Assembly: GCF_001484765.1 (NCBI RefSeq)
Contig: NZ_LLXO01000028.1
Location: 27,859-51,858 of the forward strand
Reading direction: 5' to 3'
DNA from: Entomohabitans teleogrylli
Lineage (GTDB): Bacteria > Pseudomonadota > Gammaproteobacteria > Enterobacterales > Enterobacteriaceae
Length of the DNA stretch: 24,000 bases
Below the pieces are notes generated by a model that was given only the letters and a program-made list of their open reading frames with translations, was not told the origin of the DNA and did no database searches. Positions 18,354-24,000 of this stretch are shown here, piece after piece. The translations under genes were made by a program, and so were the position numbers. How positions within the stretch are numbered: position 1 is the stretch's first letter; each line of letters begins with the position of its first letter.

Positions 18354-19225
18354 GTGACTGCATCCTGCAGGTCAGGCATTTGATGATGCATTTTGGCGGC
18401 ATCAAAGCGCTGAATGACGTTAACCTTGAAGTGCAGCGCGGATCGATAACCGCCCTTATCGGCCCCAACGGCGCCGGTAAAACCACGGTATTCAACTGCC
18501 TTACCGGTTTTTATCGCGCGACCGGCGGTTCGATTATGCTCAACGCGCATACCCGGGCTACCGATGTGATTCAGATCCTCGGGCAAAAGATCACCTTCGC
18601 CGATCTGGTGAACCCGCTCCATCTGGGATCGCGCATTTACTACAAAATGTTCGGCGGCACGCACCTTGTTAACCGGGCGGGTCTGGCGCGTACCTTCCAG
18701 AACATCCGCCTGTTCCGCGAAATGTCGGTGATTGAAAACCTGCTTGTGGCTCAGCATATGCAGGTCAACCGTAACCTGATTGCCGGGATACTCAACACGC
18801 GCGGTTATCGCCACGCCGAAAATCAGGCGCTGGATCGGGCCTTTTACTGGCTGGAACTGGTGGAAATGACCGACTGCGCCAACCGGCTGGCGGGGACGCT
18901 CTCTTATGGCCAGCAGCGGCGGCTGGAGATTGCCCGCGCTATGTGTACCGGCCCGGAGATAATCTGCCTCGACGAGCCGGCCGCCGGCCTTAACCCCGCG
19001 GAAACCCGCGCCCTGAGCCGGATTGTGCGCCTGTTGCGCCAGCAGCACGGCGTGACGGTGTTGTTGATCGAGCATGATATGGGCATGGTGATGGAGATCT
19101 CCGATCGCATTATTGTGCTCAATCACGGCTATGTGATAGCCCAGGGAACGCCGCAGGAAATTCGCTCGGATGCCAGCGTTATTGCCGCCTATCTGGGGAC
19201 CGACGAAGAGGAAACCACCGAATGA
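18350..19225 (+). CDS. ABC transporter ATP-binding protein, LivG/BraF family, with internal insertion
   Basis: Walker A GPNGAGKTT, signature LSYGQQRRLE, Walker B IICLDEPAAG. ATGA overlap with the livM-like stop. 291 aa compared with about 255 aa recalled for E. coli LivG. Confidence 0.9.
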   Translation: MSDCILQVRHLMMHFGGIKALNDVNLEVQRGSITALIGPNGAGKTTVFNCLTGFYRATGGSIMLNAHTRATDVIQILGQKITFADLVNPLHLGSRIYYKMFGGTHLVNRAGLARTFQNIRLFREMSVIENLLVAQHMQVNRNLIAGILNTRGYRHAENQALDRAFYWLELVEMTDCANRLAGTLSYGQQRRLEIARAMCTGPEIICLDEPAAGLNPAETRALSRIVRLLRQQHGVTVLLIEHDMGMVMEISDRIIVLNHGYVIAQGTPQEIRSDASVIAAYLGTDEEETTE

Positions 19226-19938
19226 GCCAGCCGCTGCTTGAGTTTCGTCAGGTCGATGTGTTTTACGGCCAGATACAGGCCCTGAAAGAGGTTTCGTTAA
19301 CCGTTAATCAGGGGGAGACGGTGGCGCTGATTGGCGCTAACGGCGCCGGTAAGTCGACGCTGCTGATGTCTATTTTTAGCCAGCCGCGTATCGCCGGCGG
19401 GCAAATCTGCTATCGCGGCGAGGATATCAGCCGTAAACCCACCGCCAGCATCGCCCGCTGCGGAATTGCCCAGGTCCCGGAAGGGCGGCGAATCTTTCCG
19501 GATATGACGGTGGAGGAGAATCTGGTCATGGGGACCATTCCCACCGGCGATCGCTACCAGAATGAAGATAAAGCGCGGATGTACCAGTTGTTTCCGCGTC
19601 TCGAAGAGCGGCGCAGCCAGCGGGCGATGACGCTTTCCGGAGGGGAGCAGCAGATGCTGGCTATCGCCCGGGCCCTGATGAGCAGACCACAACTGTTATT
19701 GCTGGATGAGCCGAGTCTCGGGCTGGCGCCGCTGGTGGTCAAACAGATTTTTCAGGTGCTGCGCGAACTGACACAACAGGGGATGACGCTGTTTCTGGTG
19801 GAGCAGAACGCTCATCACGCCCTGAAGTTGTGCGATCGGGCTTATGTGATGGCCACCGGCCAGATTCGGCTAAGTGGCACCGGCAGGGAGTTACTGGACA
19901 ATCAGGAGGTGAGGCGCGCCTATTTAGGCGGTGCGTAA
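19222..19938 (+). CDS. ABC transporter ATP-binding protein, LivF/BraG family
   Basis: Walker A GANGAGKST, signature LSGGEQQMLA, Walker B LLLLDEPSLG. ATGA overlap with the preceding gene. Confidence 0.9.
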   Translation: MSQPLLEFRQVDVFYGQIQALKEVSLTVNQGETVALIGANGAGKSTLLMSIFSQPRIAGGQICYRGEDISRKPTASIARCGIAQVPEGRRIFPDMTVEENLVMGTIPTGDRYQNEDKARMYQLFPRLEERRSQRAMTLSGGEQQMLAIARALMSRPQLLLLDEPSLGLAPLVVKQIFQVLRELTQQGMTLFLVEQNAHHALKLCDRAYVMATGQIRLSGTGRELLDNQEVRRAYLGGA

Positions 19939-19967
19939 TGGCGCGGGGCCTTAACCTTGAAGTTATC

Positions 19968-20020
19968 CCGGCGCCAGCCGTGTCCGCTGCTGGCGCCGGT
20001 GAGCCCGGGTTTAGCCCGGG
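19968..20020. terminator. tandem GC-rich hairpins in the convergent livF-like/dld gap
   Basis: A perfect 10-bp stem, CCGGCGCCAG-12 nt-CTGGCGCCGG (19968-19999), is followed by CCCGGG-tttag-CCCGGG (20004-20020), which overlaps the dld stop codon. There are no U tracts, so terminator function is only inferred. Confidence 0.4.
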
Positions 20021-21762
20021 TCGTGCAGGTGTTCTGCCGAACAGCCGCAGTGGCTGTGCTGCCAGTTTTTCAGCTTGCTGGTTTTACCGATGCCCGGATT
20101 CATACTGTTGGTGGGATCGTTAGCCTTGTAGAACTGTGTCAGGCTCTCCGGCGCTTGATACAGATGGCCGACGTTATGTTCCGCCGGATACCGGGCGCCG
20201 CGCTCGCTCAGTAGCGTCAGCATCTGCTCTTTTAGCGCGTGGACATCGACGCCTTTCCTGACGATATAGTCCTGGTGGAAGACATGGCACAGAAAGTGGC
20301 CGTAATAGAGCTTATGCGCCAGTTGGTTATCGATCTCCGCCGGTAAATGCTCAAACCATTGATCGTCATTGCGCCGCAGGGCGATATCCAGCGCCAGAAT
20401 ATCCTCAACCTCCGCGGCGTGTACCGCGTGGTAGCGCACCGCGGCGCCGGCGGCGGCAAAACGGTGCAGAAACGCTTTGGCGCCTTCCTCCGGGGTACAT
20501 TCGAAAAATGCGCCATCCGCAGTGGCGAACCAGGTACTCAGCCAGTCGCGGGCCTCGCTGATGCCTTCCCCGGACATTTTCAGCAGCAGATGGTGCTGGT
20601 ACTTGTCGCGCCACTCCTGCATACGCGGCGGAAGGTGACGCGGAAATAAGCCGCTCAGTTTTTGCAGCAGGCGATCGCTGAAATGCGGTTTGATAAACGG
20701 CACTTTTTCCAGCCAGGCGTCGGCGCGCCCCTTCAGGGTGAAGAAAAACGGCATCTTATCGGTGCCCAGTTTATCGATCATCAGGAAGGTATCTTTGCCG
20801 TAGATTTCCGCAATGTCATAGATATCCCGGTGCATATATTCGCCGGCCACCGGCAGATGCCGGAAGCTGGACAGAATATGGCGCCGGATATCGGTCAATA
20901 CCTGCGGATTGTTGCTGCCGATGTAGAACACCTGCTGCTGTGTTTCAATCGGGAAGGTATCCAGCCGCACGGCGAACACCGCCAGCTTACCGGCGCAGCC
21001 GGAGGCTTCATACAGGTGGCTGGGATCGGCGTTATAGCGCGCCGGGCTGTCGGCATCCACATCGCGTACCCGCTCACTGTAATGATGATCCGAGGCCTGA
21101 CGTCCGTCGTGGCGCACCGCGCCGTCCGGGATCTGCCCGTCATCCAGTTTCCCGAGGATCTGCTCAGGAGACTCCCCGAGATCGATGCCAAGATGGTTGA
21201 CCAGCATCAGCCGACCCCGGGCGTCTATCTGGGCATACAGGGCCAATTCGGTATAGGCGGGACCGCGCTGCACCAGCGAGCCGCCGGAATTGTTACAGAT
21301 ACCGCCCACCACCGAGGCGCCAATACACGAGGAGCCGATCACCGAATGGGGCTCCCGGCCCAGCGGCTTGAGCGCTTTTTCCAGTTGATAGAGAGTGGTG
21401 CCCGGGAATGCAAGGATCTGCTGACCATCATCCAGCAACTGTAGCTGGTTCAGGCGCAGGGTGTTGATGATGACGATATCGCGATCGTAATCGTTGCCGC
21501 TCGGCGTGGAACCTTCCGTCAGACCAGTATTGGCAGCCTGCATCAGAATAATTTTATCAGCCTGTACACAGCGTTCGAGAATGCGCCATAGTTCCAGCAG
21601 CGTGCCGGGAAACATCACCGCCAGCGCTTCTCCCTGCCCGGAGCGGAAACCTTTACGGTAGCGGGCGGTGGCGGCGGGGTCGGTGAGAACGTGCGAGGAG
21701 CCGAGCAGGCGTTGGCATTCGGTAAGCAGCGTTGAGTTATCGGATGGCGTTATCGCGGACAT
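20011..21762 (-). CDS. dld: FAD-dependent, quinone-linked D-lactate dehydrogenase
   Basis: 583 aa, co-linear with E. coli Dld along its whole length (YRKGFRSGQG, ILMQAANTGLTEGSTP, NSGGSLVQRGPAYTE, NDPTNSMNPGIGKTSK). GGAG Shine-Dalgarno 6 nt upstream. Confidence 0.93.
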   Translation of the reverse strand: MSAITPSDNSTLLTECQRLLGSSHVLTDPAATARYRKGFRSGQGEALAVMFPGTLLELWRILERCVQADKIILMQAANTGLTEGSTPSGNDYDRDIVIINTLRLNQLQLLDDGQQILAFPGTTLYQLEKALKPLGREPHSVIGSSCIGASVVGGICNNSGGSLVQRGPAYTELALYAQIDARGRLMLVNHLGIDLGESPEQILGKLDDGQIPDGAVRHDGRQASDHHYSERVRDVDADSPARYNADPSHLYEASGCAGKLAVFAVRLDTFPIETQQQVFYIGSNNPQVLTDIRRHILSSFRHLPVAGEYMHRDIYDIAEIYGKDTFLMIDKLGTDKMPFFFTLKGRADAWLEKVPFIKPHFSDRLLQKLSGLFPRHLPPRMQEWRDKYQHHLLLKMSGEGISEARDWLSTWFATADGAFFECTPEEGAKAFLHRFAAAGAAVRYHAVHAAEVEDILALDIALRRNDDQWFEHLPAEIDNQLAHKLYYGHFLCHVFHQDYIVRKGVDVHALKEQMLTLLSERGARYPAEHNVGHLYQAPESLTQFYKANDPTNSMNPGIGKTSKLKNWQHSHCGCSAEHLHDPG

Positions 21763-21957
21763 GTTCCACTCCCTGGTGGGTGACTTAATTTCCCCTAAGC
21801 ATAGACCTCCCGGCGGCGCGGCGCATTTAAAATGGTCTAAAAATCAGCAAATAAGACGGGTTACCCGTTTTCTCCGGCGCCGGGCTTGTGGCACACTGGG
21901 CGCCTTATCACTACCGTGGCGGCGTGGAGCGCGCTGCGCAAACCGGAGAATATATTC

Positions 21958-24000
21958 CATGAAATGGCTGTGTAGTGTAGGTATTGCCGTCAGTCTGGCC
22001 CTGCAGCCCGCGCTGGCGGATGAGCTGTTCGGCGATCATCCTCTGACACCGCAAGCGCGCGATGCTTTTGTCAGCGAACTGCTGAAAAAAATGACGACCG
22101 ATGAAAAAATTGGTCAGTTGCGGCTGATTAGCGTCGGGCCGGATAATCCGAAAGAAGCTATCCGCGAGATGATTAAACAGGGTCAGGTCGGGGCGATTTT
22201 CAATACCGTCACCCGTGGGGATATCCGCGCCATGCAGGATCAGGTCATGGACCTTAGCCGGCTGAAAATCCCGCTGTTTTTTGCCTATGACGTGGTCCAC
22301 GGTCAGCGTACGGTGTTCCCGATTAGCCTCGGGCTGGCCTCCAGTTTTAACCTTGAGGCGGTGAAAACCGTCGGACGTATTTCGGCTTATGAAGCGGCGG
22401 ACGATGGCCTGAACATGACCTGGGCGCCCATGGTCGATGTCAGCCGGGATCCGCGCTGGGGCAGGGCCTCGGAAGGGTTTGGGGAAGATACTTATCTTAC
22501 CGAAGTGATGGGCCGCACTATGGTGGAAGCGATGCAGGGCAAAAGCCCGGCGGATCGCTATTCGGTGATGACCAGCGTGAAGCATTTTGCCGCTTACGGC
22601 GCCGTGGAAGGGGGCCGGGAATATAATTCGGTGGACATGAGTCCGCAGCGGCTGTTTAACGACTATATGCCGCCCTACAAAGCGGCGCTGGATGCCGGCA
22701 GCGGCGGGGTGATGGTGGCGCTGAACTCCCTGAACGGCACGCCGGCATCGGCGGACAGCTGGCTGCTGAAAGATCTGCTGCGCGATCAGTGGGGCTTTAA
22801 AGGCATCACGATATCCGATCATGGGGCGATTAAGGAGCTTATCAAACACGGCGTCGCCAGCGATCCGCGCGATGCGGTGCGGGTGGCGCTGAAGTCCGGC
22901 ATCAATATGAGCATGAGCGACGAGTACTACAGTAAGTACCTACCGGAGCTGCTTAGCAGCGGCGCGGTCACCATGCAGGAGCTTGATGATGCCGCGCGCC
23001 ATGTGCTGAACGTCAAGTATGATATGGGGCTGTTTAACGATCCTTATAGTCATCTCGGGCCGAAAGGTTCCGATCCCCAGAACACCAATGCTGAAAGCCG
23101 TCTGCACCGCCAGCAGGCCCGCGAAGTGGCCCGGGAAAGTCTGGTGCTGCTGAAAAATCGCCTGCAAACCCTGCCGCTGAAAAAGTCCGCCACCATTGCC
23201 GTGGTGGGGCCGCTGGCCGACAGCCAGCGCGACATGATGGGGAGCTGGTCGGCGGCCGGCGTGGCGACTCAGACGGTAACGGTACTGACCGGCATGAAAA
23301 ACGTCGTCGGCGAGAGCGGCAAGATCCTCTACGCTAAAGGCGCCAATGTGACCGATGACAAAGGCATTGTCGATTTCCTCAATCAGTACGAGCAGGCGGT
23401 GAGCGTGGACAGCCGCTCGCCGCAGGAGATGATTGACGAGGCGGTGAATACCGCGAAACAGGCGGATGTGGTGGTCGCCGTGGTCGGCGAAGCCCAGGGG
23501 ATGGCCCATGAAGCCTCAAGCCGTACCGAGCTCGCTTTGCCGCAAAGCCAGCGCCAGTTGATCGCCGCCCTGAAAGCCACCGGTAAGCCGCTGGTACTGG
23601 TGCTGATGAACGGTCGCCCGCTGACGCTGGTGAAAGAAGATCAGCAGGCGGACGCGATTCTGGAAACCTGGTTTGCCGGTACCGAAGGGGGCAATGCCAT
23701 TGCCGACGTCCTGTTTGGCGACTATAACCCGTCCGGGAAGCTGCCGATGTCGTTCCCGCGCTCGGTGGGGCAGATTCCGGTGTATTACAGCCACCTGAAT
23801 ACCGGCCGGCCCTATAACCCGGAAAAGCCGAACAAATACACTTCCCGCTACTTTGATGAAGTCAATGCGCCGCTGTATCCGTTCGGCTATGGCCTGAGCT
23901 ACACCACCTTCCGGGTGTCGCCAGTGACGCTTTCGGCGCCGACCATGAAGCGCGACGGCGCGCTCAAGGCCAGCGTTGAGGTTATCAATACCGGCGACCG
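21958..24000 (+). CDS. bglX: periplasmic beta-glucosidase, GH3 family (3' end beyond window)
   Basis: Not in the ORF track because it is open-ended. My own translation from ATG 21958 gives MKWLCSVGIAVSLALQPALADELFG...KIGQLRLISVGPDNPKEAIREMIK... through ...GFKGITISDHGAI... It is co-linear with E. coli BglX for 681 codons to the window edge, and GGAG precedes the ATG. Confidence 0.93.

Noticed and set aside
18083-19126. 347-aa minus-strand ORF
   Set aside because: Antisense to the livM-like and livG-like genes. Low-complexity, Arg/His/Ala-rich translation with no recognisable domain or start context.
21856-21868. Palindrome ACGGGT-t-ACCCGT followed by TTTCT in the dld/bglX divergent region
   Set aside because: As a hairpin it gives only 5 bp with a 3-nt loop, too weak for a terminator. 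It could be an operator, but nothing in the sequence identifies a cognate factor.
21889-21904. Perfect TGGCAC hexamer about 55 bp upstream of bglX, suggesting a sigma-54 -24 box
   Set aside because: The -12 region reads GGGCGCC. It has the GC but lacks the TTGC element, and no enhancer-like dyad was seen. bglX is not known to me as RpoN-dependent. Judged a chance match in GC-rich DNA.
21911-22849. 312-aa minus-strand ORF, with another at 22940-23509, in a region where the track lists no plus-strand ORF
   Set aside because: The real gene is bglX on the plus strand. It is open-ended at the window edge and so absent from the track. Both minus-strand ORFs are its antisense shadows.

Overview
This window looks like a chromosomal segment of a GC-rich, Klebsiella-like enterobacterium. 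I support 22 protein genes and find no rRNA, tRNA, CRISPR array, IS element, integrase or phage gene. The backbone is co-linear, in reverse orientation, with my memory of the E. coli K-12 region bglX-dld-pbpG-yohC-yohD...dusC-yohJ-yohK-cdd. Three blocks interrupt that backbone. (1) A six-gene 3-hydroxybenzoate/gentisate catabolic cluster (LysR regulator, MFS transporter, gentisate 1,2-dioxygenase, fumarylpyruvate hydrolase, GST-zeta maleylpyruvate isomerase, 3-hydroxybenzoate 6-hydroxylase) sits between yohJ and dusC. It matches the mhbRTDHIM organisation described in Klebsiella M5a1. (2) A BglG/SacY-type antiterminator with its own RAT/terminator leader, but no PTS or glycosidase partner, sits beside a convergent class I SAM methyltransferase. 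These occupy the position where E. coli has mdtQ-yohF. (3) A five-gene LIV-I/Bra-type branched-chain amino-acid ABC transporter paralog lies between pbpG and dld, behind a 500-bp leader with a sigma-54-like promoter. The least explained sequence is a hairpin-dense noncoding stretch of about 420 bp between the mhb terminator and dusC. I see no defence system or other clearly new multi-gene system. The best leads are the orphan antiterminator, the structured dusC-upstream region and the putatively nitrogen-controlled ABC operon. bglX is missing from the ORF track because it runs off the window end, and several long ORFs antisense to real genes are GC-driven artefacts.
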